The notes beneath the pieces were generated by a model. That model did not search any database and was not told where the DNA came from. It saw only the letters and a list, made by a program, of their open reading frames with translations. A DNA stretch of 64,000 bases. Origin: an uncultured delta proteobacterium (GTDB lineage Bacteria; Myxococcota_A; Polyangia; Polyangiales; Polyangiaceae). The position numbers and the translations under genes were made by a program. The stretch covers positions 512,001 to 576,000 of the forward strand of contig CAWDXG010000004.1 in the NCBI GenBank assembly GCA_963806225.1, given 5' to 3'. Positions within the stretch are counted from its first letter, which is position 1. Every line of letters begins with the position of its first letter. Positions 48,700 to 58,159 of this stretch are shown one piece after another.

Positions 48700-49734
48700 T
48701 CACTGCGCATACTTCCCGTTCCCCCCCCGGATACCCCGCCCCCGTCCCACCTTCCGTGACACAACCTCTCCCCCGCCCTTCCTGACGCCGGGCCTCCGGT
48801 AGTGCGCCATCGCGCCGCCGAGCTCCGCTTCCACGGCTGCGCGCAGCTCGGGGGGTGCGAGGGCTTCGGCGGCGGCGCCCCAGGCGAGGACCCAGCGGGT
48901 GGTCTCGATGAGGCCGGCGACGCGGGCCTCGACGATCACGCTGCCGTCGGGCTGCGGTGCGAGGCGCTGATCGGGGACGAGCGGATACTCGGGCGCCACG
49001 GCGGCGACGTCGGCCGCGAGGCGTACGCGAACGTCGACGGGCGCGCCGTGCCAGGCGCGGACAGCGTGACCGAAGAGCTCCTGCTCGTCGTAGGCGGGGT
49101 GCGGCGCCTGGGCGCTTTCGAGAACGCGGGCCTCGAGTACGCGCGCCAGCTTGAAGGTCCGCCAGCCCTGCCGCGCGGTGTCCCAGGCGACGAGGTAGGC
49201 GTCCGAGCGATCGATGCGAAGAGCCGCGGGGTCGACGACGCGCGTGCCGGTGCGGCCGGTCGAGGCGGCGCGGTAGCGCATCTCGAGCTGGCGCTTCGAG
49301 TCGAGCGCAGCCTCGATGGCGGCGGCCACCCCGGGGCGATGCGCCGGGGCAGAACGCCGCGTGCTCACGAGAGGCGCCGGGCCGTCCACTCCCAGCGCGG
49401 CCAGGCAGGCGTCGAGCTGTTCCGCCGCGCGTGTGCCGTCGAGCGGCGTCAACATCTGCCGCGCGACGGCAAGCGCAATCCGTCCCGCGCTTCCCGGACC
49501 CAGCGCGGGCAGGGCATCGCGCCGCAGGCTGTAGCGTACTTCGCCGTTCACTCGCTCGCTGGCGATCGGCACGCCCGCGTCTTCGAGGTGGCGGAGGTAG
49601 CGGTAGACCGTCGATCGGCTGGTGCCTGCAAACTCCGCCAGCGTGGAGGCCGACGCCCCGTAGCGCCGCGCCTGTAGCGCCTCCACGAGGCGCCACATCC
49701 GCACGACCATGTCTGCTACGCGTCGCCCCGCCAT
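48700..49734 (-). CDS. HTH-WYL-WCX transcriptional regulator
   Basis: wHTH (LAEFAGTSRSTVYRYLRHLE.AGVPI), WYL (R.VDP..L...AYLVAWD...WRTFKLARV) and WCX (WVLAWG...LAPPELR). Confidence 0.9.
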   Translation of the reverse strand: MAGRRVADMVVRMWRLVEALQARRYGASASTLAEFAGTSRSTVYRYLRHLEDAGVPIASERVNGEVRYSLRRDALPALGPGSAGRIALAVARQMLTPLDGTRAAEQLDACLAALGVDGPAPLVSTRRSAPAHRPGVAAAIEAALDSKRQLEMRYRAASTGRTGTRVVDPAALRIDRSDAYLVAWDTARQGWRTFKLARVLEARVLESAQAPHPAYDEQELFGHAVRAWHGAPVDVRVRLAADVAAVAPEYPLVPDQRLAPQPDGSVIVEARVAGLIETTRWVLAWGAAAEALAPPELRAAVEAELGGAMAHYRRPGVRKGGGEVVSRKVGRGRGIRGGNGKYAQ

Positions 49735-49999
49735 GACGGAAAGATCCAGGACCGTACTCCTGGTCGTACCGGGCGTCGAGTGTCGCTTCCGCAGGGGACT
49801 GACCAACACGATCGGATGGCACAAGGATGACTGAACGAGTGTCATCGCCCGTAGGGGTGATGCCACAGGCAATGGCACCCCTATGGCCGCGCAATCCGCA
49901 CTTGCACGCTCCACTTCTGGCCACACGCGGTCGCTGTCTCATACCGCCGCCGTCCAGGGCTGCGAGCCCGACCCAGAGCCGGACCCGCAGCCGCACGCC

Positions 50000-50323
50000 T
50001 CAGCGCACTACGACCAGCCGCATCAGCGTGCCCAGCACACGGTCGAAGCAACGGACCAGCTCCGGCTCGAGCTCCGGCATGTACCCGAGCGCCGCCGCGA
50101 CCTCGAAACACGCCTGCACTTCGCGCAGCGAGCCCAGCGCCGTGTGGTAGCGCACCGCGCGGTTCTTCCCTCGACTGTAGGACCCCTCCGCGACATTGAG
50201 CGGCGCGCTCGTCAAGGCCCGCCGACACTGCCGCGCCAGATCCGGATCGTGCCGCTCCAGCTGCTTCACCAGCGGCCTGAGCGAACGAACAAGGTCGAGC
50301 AGAACGGGATAGATGCGCAACAT
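50000..50323 (-). CDS. Four-helix-bundle protein (23S rRNA-IVP / Avd-like family)
   Basis: DLARQCRRALTSAPLNVAEGS...ALGSLREVQAC...ALGY. AGGAG RBS upstream. Confidence 0.85.
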   Translation of the reverse strand: MLRIYPVLLDLVRSLRPLVKQLERHDPDLARQCRRALTSAPLNVAEGSYSRGKNRAVRYHTALGSLREVQACFEVAAALGYMPELEPELVRCFDRVLGTLMRLVVVR

Positions 50324-50575
50324 GATGTGACTCCTTGCAAGCCCGCACCCGCCAATCGAGCGCGAGGCGAAACCGACGCGCCGCCGCGCGCAGGAGCTGT
50401 CCAGGCTGCGAGCGAAGCGAGCACCGCCCGCAGCCGCGCGCAGGACCCCAAGGGTCCGAGCACGGCGAGGACGGCCCCGGCCTGGACAGCTCCGAGCACG
50501 GCGGCAGACTCGAAAAGCCACGAGCGCCCTCGCCCTCCCTCCCGCTCTTCGCGCGCGAGGCGAAGCCGACGCGCG

Positions 50576-50733
50576 CCTCGCCCTCGCCCTCGCCCCCGCC
50601 CTCGCCCTCCCCTCCCCCGCCCCCGCCCCCGCCCTCGCCCTCGCCCCCGCCCTCGCCCTCGCCCCCGCCCTCGCCCTCGCCCTCGCCCCCGCCCTCGCCC
50701 CCGCCCTCGCCCTCGCCCTCGCCCTCGCCCTCC
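50576..50733. repeat. Hexamer microsatellite (CCCTCG/CCCCCG)n, about 26 units
   Basis: Seen directly between the stop of ORF 50736 and the four-helix-bundle upstream region. Confidence 0.92.
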
Positions 50734-50735
50734 GC

Positions 50736-52943
50736 TCAGGCCAACCCGCCGCGGCGGCGCGCGAGCCAGTGCGCGCCCAGTGCCAGCGACGCGAGCAGCG
50801 CCCACGCCCACGCCGGCAGCATCGGCGTCACGTGCCGCTCAGCCGCGATGCGCGTCGACGCCGGCTGCGGCAGATCGCCCACCGACTCCGAGGTCACCGG
50901 ATGACCGCCGGTCACGTCCGCGATGCGATCGAGACGCAGCGGATCGGGGCGCGAGTCCGCCCACGCTTCCCCACCCTTCTCGCACGAGAAGTCGAAGCGC
51001 GTCGCTGGAGCGGCGCCGATGCGGACGCGCGCGGTGTAGCCGCCGGGGTCGAGGCTGCCCAGCTTCATCTTGATCGCGCCGGAGGGCGGCTTGTCGATGT
51101 GCCGGGAGAGCGGCTTGCCCGGATCCTCGCCGAGCTTTTCCACCGAGAGATCGATGGCGCCCTGCATGCCCGGCAGCCGCGACACCTGGAGGGTGGTCGG
51201 CTCGCCGGTGATGCAGTCGCCCACCAGCTGGACGCGTGCGGCCTCGTAGCGCGGGTCGCGCATCAGCCAGCCGAGCAGCCCGTCCCAGAGCGCGCCGTAG
51301 CCACGGCCGGCAGCCTTCGCCGCCATTTCGCTGAACGCGAGCTCGTGCGTGCCGTCCACGCCGAGCGCGATCGACCGGCCGTCGCCGGCCTCGCCCAGCG
51401 CGAGCACCGGCATCGGCTGATCGCCCGCTTTGCGGTTGGGATGGTCCCACAGGACGATGGACCCCTTGCGCGGCGCACCGAGCGTGTTGGAGCCGGGCAT
51501 CTCCGGCAGATCGTCGCCGTACAGCTCGCGGAGCGAGTGCAGCGCGGGCGCCGCTCGACCGGCGTCCGTGTAGCGCGGCACGAACCCGGAAGTGTCGAAG
51601 GGGCGCGCGCTGTCCGGCAGCTTGACCGGCAGCACGCGTTCCAACGCCGTACCGGCGTAGCCACCGCCGATGAACGAGGACGGCCCGCCCACCATGATGA
51701 GCCCCCCACCCGACTCCACGTAGTGCGCGAGCTCCGGCAGATGCCGCGCCAGCCTGTAGCGAACCGCGTCGATGTCCTGCAGCACGACCGCGTCGAAGCT
51801 CGGAAGATGTTCGGTGAATAGCTCGTCCACCGGAAACGGGATCAACGCGAGCTCGTTGTCGCTCGCGCCCGGGTCGTCGGTGTCGGTGCGCAGGATGAAG
51901 AACGCCACCAGGTCCACCGACTCGTCGCTCTTCAGCCACATGCGGAGCGCACGCACGTCGTAGGTGGGCCGCCCGGCGACGTGCAGCACGCGGATGCGGT
52001 CGCGGGTGACCGCGAACGTCAGGATGCGCCGGTCGTTCGCCGGGATGGTGTCACCGTCCGGAGCATCGATGGAGATCTCGACGACGCGGTTGCCGGCGCG
52101 CTCCAGCGTGATCGAAAGCTCCACCTTGGCGCTGCCGTTTTCCACGTGCGCCACGCCCTTTGCGAGCAGCGCCGGCTTCACTCCGTGACGCAACTCCCGC
52201 ACCCGCACCGGCACGTCGCCGCAGTCGAGCCCGCCTGCACAGCCGATCTCGACGGTAAGCGCCAGCGCCTGGTGCGCTACCGCGGCGCCTGCAGCATGCA
52301 CCGCACGGATGCTCGCGTCCCGCGGCGCTTTTTCGGCCACGCTGACGGTGTCGATGGGAACGTGCAGCTGACCGACCGCGTGTCGGAGCGCCTCGTCGTC
52401 GGCGCCTGCAGCGGGCCGCGTGAGCCGCCCGTCGCTCACCACGACGACCGACCTGGGTCGCTCGCCTGGCGATTCGGCGAGACCGGACAGCGCGGCGGCC
52501 AGGTCGCTGTCGGTCGTCAGGTCCGCCGAGTCGCCCGTCTTCAGACTCGCCGCATCGAGCGGCCGGGCTGTGCCGTCGCCGAAGCCGAGGACCGACAGCC
52601 GTGCGTCGGAGAACCGCCGCTGGATCTGCTTGACGGCGTCGAGGGCGCGCTGCCGGCGCGTGCGACCCTGGTCGTCGAGCAAGAGCCTCCGCGACTGGTC
52701 GACCAGCACGACCACCCGCGGTCCCACCATGCTGCCCCGGGTGGTCACCCGCACCGGCCTCAGCACGGCGAGCGACAGCATCAGCGTGGCCAGGATCCCG
52801 CTCGTGGCAATTGCCCCGCCCAGTCGTTCGCGGCGTCGCAACTCGACGACAAGCAGAACGATCGACAACGCGACGAGCACGCCGACCGCGATCACCGCGG
52901 ACGTGGATAGATCGCCGGAGAATGCCCACGACTGCGTGTTCAT
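50736..52943 (-). CDS. Membrane protein with vWA-like and GATase1-like (DUF1355-type) domains
   Basis: N-terminal TMs, VLVDQS, VVVSDG, DLVAFFILR...ELALIPFP..ELF, GGGLIMVGGPSSF and a C-terminal TM followed by RRRGGL. Confidence 0.75.
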   Translation of the reverse strand: MNTQSWAFSGDLSTSAVIAVGVLVALSIVLLVVELRRRERLGGAIATSGILATLMLSLAVLRPVRVTTRGSMVGPRVVVLVDQSRRLLLDDQGRTRRQRALDAVKQIQRRFSDARLSVLGFGDGTARPLDAASLKTGDSADLTTDSDLAAALSGLAESPGERPRSVVVVSDGRLTRPAAGADDEALRHAVGQLHVPIDTVSVAEKAPRDASIRAVHAAGAAVAHQALALTVEIGCAGGLDCGDVPVRVRELRHGVKPALLAKGVAHVENGSAKVELSITLERAGNRVVEISIDAPDGDTIPANDRRILTFAVTRDRIRVLHVAGRPTYDVRALRMWLKSDESVDLVAFFILRTDTDDPGASDNELALIPFPVDELFTEHLPSFDAVVLQDIDAVRYRLARHLPELAHYVESGGGLIMVGGPSSFIGGGYAGTALERVLPVKLPDSARPFDTSGFVPRYTDAGRAAPALHSLRELYGDDLPEMPGSNTLGAPRKGSIVLWDHPNRKAGDQPMPVLALGEAGDGRSIALGVDGTHELAFSEMAAKAAGRGYGALWDGLLGWLMRDPRYEAARVQLVGDCITGEPTTLQVSRLPGMQGAIDLSVEKLGEDPGKPLSRHIDKPPSGAIKMKLGSLDPGGYTARVRIGAAPATRFDFSCEKGGEAWADSRPDPLRLDRIADVTGGHPVTSESVGDLPQPASTRIAAERHVTPMLPAWAWALLASLALGAHWLARRRGGLA

Positions 52944-52946
52944 CGC

Positions 52947-53750
52947 TCAAGGTCGGCGGTGCGCGCCGCGCCGCATGAGCCAGGGCGCGTGCACCTGGTC
53001 GTCCTTGTAGTCCGAGCAGAGCAGGTACATCGCGAGGTTGACCGCCAGCCGCTCGGCGTGCTCGCGCTGCCGCGCTCCGCCTGGCTTGACCTCGAGCGCC
53101 CACGCGCCGCCTGGAGTGCGCGCCAGCGCGCCCAGCAGATCATGCTGGAGGAAGATCACCTGGGCGTTCTTGCCGCGTACGATCGCATCGAGATGCGGCG
53201 GGCCCAGCACGCGCCCTACTGGACGATCGATGAGGTAGTACGTCTTGTAGACCACGTGCCCGGGATCGAGCCTGACCGGGGGCGACTCGGGCAGCACCCG
53301 GCGCAACTCGCGCCGCACCGAGCGGCCGAAGTCACCCTTTTCCGGATCATTGTCGTCGACAATCAACAGCCCGCCGAGCCGGATGAACTGTTCGAGCCCG
53401 CGGCGTTCGCTGGCTGCGAGCGGCGCGACCGCATGCTCGCCGGCCCAGATCGCGAAGGGCTCGGCGAGCAGCACGGGCTGGTCTGCTCCGACCTCGGCGG
53501 TTGTCAGACGCGCCGGCGCACTGGTGCGCCGGACCAGCTCCCACGCCCAGCGACCCGGCGCGGAGGCGCGCACCCCGGACCACTTCGCGCCACCGGTCAA
53601 CAGCATGCGCGGGTGGAACGCACCCGCCTGCCCGAATGCGTGGGCCTCCGGCGCCACCAGCAGGAGCGCCAGCATCGACGCAATGGCTTCGCGCCGCCCC
53701 AGCGCGGGGCGCACGCGATCCTCATCTAGTCGAAGTCGTCGATACGCCAA
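52947..53750 (-). CDS. DUF4159-like exported protein
   Basis: Twin-Arg-like signal, GGLLIVDD, H.VYKTYYL and RLAVNLAMY.LC.DYK.DQVH. Start uncertain. Confidence 0.7.
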   Translation of the reverse strand: MAYRRLRLDEDRVRPALGRREAIASMLALLLVAPEAHAFGQAGAFHPRMLLTGGAKWSGVRASAPGRWAWELVRRTSAPARLTTAEVGADQPVLLAEPFAIWAGEHAVAPLAASERRGLEQFIRLGGLLIVDDNDPEKGDFGRSVRRELRRVLPESPPVRLDPGHVVYKTYYLIDRPVGRVLGPPHLDAIVRGKNAQVIFLQHDLLGALARTPGGAWALEVKPGGARQREHAERLAVNLAMYLLCSDYKDDQVHAPWLMRRGAHRRP

Positions 53751-54439
53751 ACGCCTGCCTCTCGCTTGAGCTTGACCGAATGACCGCCGACAAGCTTCAC
53801 CTCGGCGCGGTCTCCCGACACCTTGACATCCAGGGTCTCGGGCTCTTCGAGTCCTTCCACCAGCGAGCTCAGGTCGTTGTCCAGCGAGCTTCTCGTGTCC
53901 CGGGACAGCACGCGCATCAGCCCGGCGTAGCTGCGTCGCGCCAGAGCCGCCCTCAGCTCGGCGAGGGCCTGTTCCGGCGTGCGGGCGCCGGCCGGCAGGG
54001 CCTGGGCCGAGCCGATACGGAAGCGCCCGTCCTCCACGACCAGAGCAGCCTCCTCGCCGTCCGCGTAACGCACCGTGGCTTCGGTCTGCACGGTCGCCCG
54101 GCCGGAAGCGAGCGCGCGCGCGTTGTCGGCGAGCTCCTTGTGCGAGCTGGCCAGCAGCTTGCGGGTGCCGCTCAGCCCGTAGGTGCGCTGCGCTTCGTGG
54201 GTCAGCATCGAATAGACGGCATCAGCGTCGCCCCGCTCCGCCGCAGCGCTGTACTCGCGAACGGCTGCCCGGGGGTCCGGGACGACGGAACGGGCGCAGC
54301 CCGTCGCGGATGCGAACAGGGCAAGGAACAGCGCACGGCGCCAGGAACCGCCAGCCCGCGACGCAGGCCGACCGGATCCGGAGGCGGCGCAGCCCCGCGC
54401 GCCCGCGGAAGCGCGCCCCGTCGAAACCGCCGGGGACAT
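53726..54439 (-). CDS. Hypothetical lipoprotein
   Basis: LFASATGC lipobox-like motif and a duplicated 'P..A...L/Y..A...' plus 'E.G.(F/W)RI' unit. Start uncertain. Confidence 0.55.
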   Translation of the reverse strand: MSPAVSTGRASAGARGCAASGSGRPASRAGGSWRRALFLALFASATGCARSVVPDPRAAVREYSAAAERGDADAVYSMLTHEAQRTYGLSGTRKLLASSHKELADNARALASGRATVQTEATVRYADGEEAALVVEDGRFRIGSAQALPAGARTPEQALAELRAALARRSYAGLMRVLSRDTRSSLDNDLSSLVEGLEEPETLDVKVSGDRAEVKLVGGHSVKLKREAGVWRIDDFD

Positions 54440-54490
54440 TCTTCAGGAGAGCTAGCGAAACCCGGGCCGGTTGGCTACCTTTTGCTACCG

Positions 54491-55045
54491 ATGAGCCAAA
54501 CCTCCCGACGATCCGCATTCGGCCGGCGCGTAGGCCGACCCCTCGCCTCGCGACGCGCGCTCTTCGGCGCCTTCCTCGCACTGGGACTTCTGGCCGCTTG
54601 CGGCGGCCCTCCACCCAAGACCGCCACCCCCAAACGCGCCCTCGACGAACGCAGAGCGGTGGAAGTCATCATCCAGGCCTTCCACGACGAGCACGACCGA
54701 CCTGTCCCGGGCCGGAAGGTCGACATCGGCGACGGCAAGTCGATCGAAGTCGACGTGGGCTCGCAGGGGCACAAGTACGGCGTCGCCTACGTCACGCCGA
54801 TGGAGGAAGACCAGCTCGGTGCAGCGCTGCCGCCACGCACGAAAGCCATGGGCGATGCGCTGCAACTCGTGAGCGGCACGGGCGACGAGTCCGACGCGAG
54901 GATCCTGGTGTTGCGCAACAACGACTACCTGTACGACGACCAGGTCGGTACCGAGCACACCGAAACCACCATCACCGCCGAGAACAAGCTCACGCGAGAC
55001 GTGCGGGACTTCCTGGTGCGCGCCCACGCCGAACACTGGCCCTGA
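54491..55045 (+). CDS. Hypothetical lipoprotein
   Basis: LGLLAAC lipobox and typical codon usage in the 3' part of ORF 53501-55045. Confidence 0.6.
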   Translation: MSQTSRRSAFGRRVGRPLASRRALFGAFLALGLLAACGGPPPKTATPKRALDERRAVEVIIQAFHDEHDRPVPGRKVDIGDGKSIEVDVGSQGHKYGVAYVTPMEEDQLGAALPPRTKAMGDALQLVSGTGDESDARILVLRNNDYLYDDQVGTEHTETTITAENKLTRDVRDFLVRAHAEHWP

Positions 55046-55062
55046 GCCGACGCGGAACACGG

Positions 55063-55284
55063 ATGGGATCGTCGGACTCCAGCAACCGTTCGCTGCTCGC
55101 GTTCGCGGCGACGTGCGTCGCGGCCGGTGTCGCGTTCAGCGTGACGGGCAGCCACGGGCTGGGCGCGTGGGTGACTGTCGCCGCGCTGGCGCTGCTGGTG
55201 TTCTCGCTGCACCGTCTGGGCCGCAGCGGCCCGGATGCGCCGCTCGAGGTCGAACCGACGCACCGGGACGAAGAGCCGGACTGA
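55063..55284 (+). CDS. Small two-TM membrane protein
   Basis: MGSSDSSNRSLLAFAATCVAAG...LHRLGRSGPD at the end of ORF 54310-55284. Confidence 0.5.
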   Translation: MGSSDSSNRSLLAFAATCVAAGVAFSVTGSHGLGAWVTVAALALLVFSLHRLGRSGPDAPLEVEPTHRDEEPD

Positions 55285-55306
55285 CGCGACCGTCCCGGCT
55301 CTCGGC

Positions 55307-56170
55307 TCAGGTCTCGCTGCGAAGTACTGCGACGCCCACGTTCGATCCAAAGATCGGCAGGCCTTCTACGGCCAGGCCGAAGTCGCGGCCGGTGATTTCG
55401 AGCTGCGTGCCGTAGACGCTGTCGCCCTTGATGTGGCTCATCGGATCGAGTTTCTCGATGGCCTTGGCGTTGACGTGCGGCGAGACCGGTGCGCCGTACG
55501 CGTTCTTGCCGACGACCACGTAGACGTACAGGAGCGGTACCTTGCCTCCGTGGTCGGAGACGTCGGAAGTGACCTTGCTGCGGATCGCGTTCTCCAGGCG
55601 ATATGCGTAGGCGGCCCAGGACCAGCCCGTGACGTAGAGGCCGACAGGCTTTTTTTCGACCTCGACGGGCGTTGCCGCAACCCACTGGCCGTCGGGTCCC
55701 TTGACGCCGGCGGCCTCGGGCATCGAGCCGGTCGTCTCGACGTACTTGCCTTTCGCAGCTTCGGCGAGCTTGGGAAACGCCTTGAATAACGACTTGCCGG
55801 CCATTCGATCCTGCTCGCGGTCGTTGCGGATGACCTTTCCGGATAGATCAGCGAGCGCGAAGAACGTGCTCTTGGCGACGCGGAGATCCTGCACCTTGCC
55901 CCGCGCGAGCTGGAGCTGTCCCTGCGCGGCCTTGAGATCGTCCTCGGGCTTTGCATCTCCCTTGTAGAGCGGCGCCAGATGCTGTGCGCCCTCCGGAAGG
56001 CCCTTCCGGACCTCCTGCACGTCCTCCTTGACCGCCTTGGCGAGGAACCCGACGTGCTGCTTCGCCTTGGCCTCGCTGACCTTGCTGCTCTTGGTACAAC
56101 CGGAAAGCGGCATCGCCGACGCCGCACCCACCAGAACCACGACCGCTGCTCGCTTCATGTAGGACTTCAT
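55307..56170 (-). CDS. Hypothetical lipoprotein
   Basis: PLSGC lipobox, 287 aa, Lys-rich natural composition. Confidence 0.65.
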   Translation of the reverse strand: MKSYMKRAAVVVLVGAASAMPLSGCTKSSKVSEAKAKQHVGFLAKAVKEDVQEVRKGLPEGAQHLAPLYKGDAKPEDDLKAAQGQLQLARGKVQDLRVAKSTFFALADLSGKVIRNDREQDRMAGKSLFKAFPKLAEAAKGKYVETTGSMPEAAGVKGPDGQWVAATPVEVEKKPVGLYVTGWSWAAYAYRLENAIRSKVTSDVSDHGGKVPLLYVYVVVGKNAYGAPVSPHVNAKAIEKLDPMSHIKGDSVYGTQLEITGRDFGLAVEGLPIFGSNVGVAVLRSET

Positions 56171-56392
56171 ACCTCGCCGCTCCCGTTGCTTTCGAGTGCC
56201 ATCACAGGTTTGGAAACCACAAACGCGCCACAGTTCCCGCGCCCGTGGATCCCGCGGATCCCGTGCCTGCCGGGCGCCTGTCGCGCCGCCGCGGGGCGGA
56301 ATCCGTTGTCACGGGATTGATAAAGTGATACTGAAAAGATGGGCAAGTTGTGACTCGCCCGCTGCCCCGGTAACCCAGCGCCAGGAGCGCCC

Positions 56393-57244
56393 ATGCCCGC
56401 TATGTCTCCCTCGTCCCGCCCGCCGATGCCACGGTCGAACCGGCTGTCGGACGCTCCGGCCAGCCGGGGTCGGCGCGACTCGATGATGTCCATCGGGAAG
56501 ATGGTGGAGCCCGACGACCTCAGCGTCGTCTTCCAGCCCATCGTCGACATGGCGACCGGCGAGCTGTTCGCCTACGAGGCTCTGGTCCGCTGCCGCGTCC
56601 CCGGTCTGAAGAACCCGCTCAAGCTGTTCGAGCTCGCCGTGGAGAACCAGTGTACCGGACGCCTCGGACGGATGATCCGGGAGATCGCCATTCCGCTTTC
56701 CAGCGGGTTGCCGCTATTCGTGAACGTGCACCCCCAGGAGCTGCACGAGGGCTGGCTGGTGCGTCCGGACGATCCAGTCTTTGCCCACGATCACGAAGTG
56801 TTCCTCGAGGTCACCGAGGCGGTGCCGCTGACGCACTTCGATCTGTGCCTGAGCGTGCTGCGGGAGCTCAGGACGCGCGGAGGCGTGCATCTGGTCGTGG
56901 ACGACCTGGGTGCGGGCTACTCGAACCTGAAGAGTATCGCGGATCTGGAGCCGCGGGTGGTGAAGCTCGATCGCGATCTGGTCGCAGGGCTCGATCAGCG
57001 CCCCCGACAGCGGCAGCTCGTTCACGGCGTAGTGCGCCTGTGCAAGGATCTGGGAGCACTTGTGGTGGCTGAAGGCATCGAGACGCCCGACGAGTACAGC
57101 GCGCTGTGCGATACCGGAGCGCACTTCGGACAGGGATACCTGTTCGCGCGCCCGGCGTTTCCGATGCCGGCCATCACGTGGCCGCCGCCTGCTCCGACCC
57201 CGCGCGCTGCGAAGACCGACAGCTCCCCGCCACGTCTGTGCTGA
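56393..57244 (+). CDS. Stand-alone EAL-domain (c-di-GMP phosphodiesterase-like) protein
   Basis: FQPIVD, YEALVR, FVNV, LEVTE, DDLGAGYS, VKLDR, VAEGIE and QGYLF. Confidence 0.9.
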   Translation: MPAMSPSSRPPMPRSNRLSDAPASRGRRDSMMSIGKMVEPDDLSVVFQPIVDMATGELFAYEALVRCRVPGLKNPLKLFELAVENQCTGRLGRMIREIAIPLSSGLPLFVNVHPQELHEGWLVRPDDPVFAHDHEVFLEVTEAVPLTHFDLCLSVLRELRTRGGVHLVVDDLGAGYSNLKSIADLEPRVVKLDRDLVAGLDQRPRQRQLVHGVVRLCKDLGALVVAEGIETPDEYSALCDTGAHFGQGYLFARPAFPMPAITWPPPAPTPRAAKTDSSPPRLC

Positions 57245-57261
57245 TCGGAGCCGGGCCCCGC

Positions 57262-57945
57262 TCAGCGGTCTTCGCGCTCGGCTAGCGGGAGATTCTCGTG
57301 CGCCGACGAGTTGCGATCCAGGTAGTGGTACGTGTGCCGGCGGCCGTGTTTCTCCATGTGCCGCGGGCACCACAGCTCGCGTCCCTCGGTCTTGCGGCGC
57401 ACCTCCACACACGCAGGGCAAGGCGGCTCGATCTGCGGTGCGTTCGGGAGCTCCTCGCCGTAGTGATCCTTGGGTCGGACGACGAGCACCGGACAATGCG
57501 ACATGCGCATCACACCCTCGGCAACGGAGCCGAGCAGCAGCCGGCGCACGCCGCGCCTGCCGTGCGTCCCGACGACCACCATGTCGGCGTCGAGATCCGC
57601 CGCGAGCTGGGCGATCTCGTCGGCGGGTGCGCCGACGCGGACGTGCGTCACCGCTCGTTCGAAGGTGGCGGGCTGTTCCTGCTGGAACTCCGTCAGCTTC
57701 TCCTCGACGTAGTCGCGGATCTGGTCCGATGCCTCCTCGATCGAGACGGTCTTCACGTCATCCGGCAGCTCGAGGCGGAGCATGGGCCCGTACGAGCTGG
57801 CGACGTAGACGACATGGGGCTCTCCGTTGCCCTCGCGGTTGGCGAGCTCGAACGCGCGCCGCAGCGCGAGCTCACCCGTCTTCGAGAAGTCGATTCCCAC
57901 AACGATCGTGTAGCGGGCTGGCTCTGGGGGATTCTCCGTGGTCAT
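57262..57945 (-). CDS. Universal stress protein with C-terminal Cys/His extension
   Basis: IVVGIDFS, VVVGTHGRRG...LLGSVAE.V.R...CPVLVVR, then CPAC...WCPRH...H.H.Y. Confidence 0.88.
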   Translation of the reverse strand: MTTENPPEPARYTIVVGIDFSKTGELALRRAFELANREGNGEPHVVYVASSYGPMLRLELPDDVKTVSIEEASDQIRDYVEEKLTEFQQEQPATFERAVTHVRVGAPADEIAQLAADLDADMVVVGTHGRRGVRRLLLGSVAEGVMRMSHCPVLVVRPKDHYGEELPNAPQIEPPCPACVEVRRKTEGRELWCPRHMEKHGRRHTYHYLDRNSSAHENLPLAEREDR

Positions 57946-58159
57946 GTTCGTCACTCCTGTATCGGGCGGGGACACGCGCGAAATCTGCCGGGCGGCCGCA
58001 CGCCCGGTGGAAGACAATATTCGGGAGCTCTGCACGCGTCGTGCCAGCTCGGTTCGAAGCTACCGCACGAGGCCTGTTGTCAATCTGCGACCTCCTCGCA
58101 GATGCGCAACCCCCGCAAAACGTGCGTTGCGGAACCGGCCCGCGCAAGCCCTGCCCCGT

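Noticed and set aside
50000..50323. Diversity-generating retroelement suggested by the Avd-like fold
   Set aside because: No reverse transcriptase and no TR/VR pair differing at adenines seen in the window.
50266..51073. Poly-RG / poly-PR / poly-PS ORFs
   Set aside because: Products of the hexamer microsatellite, with no RBS or domain content.
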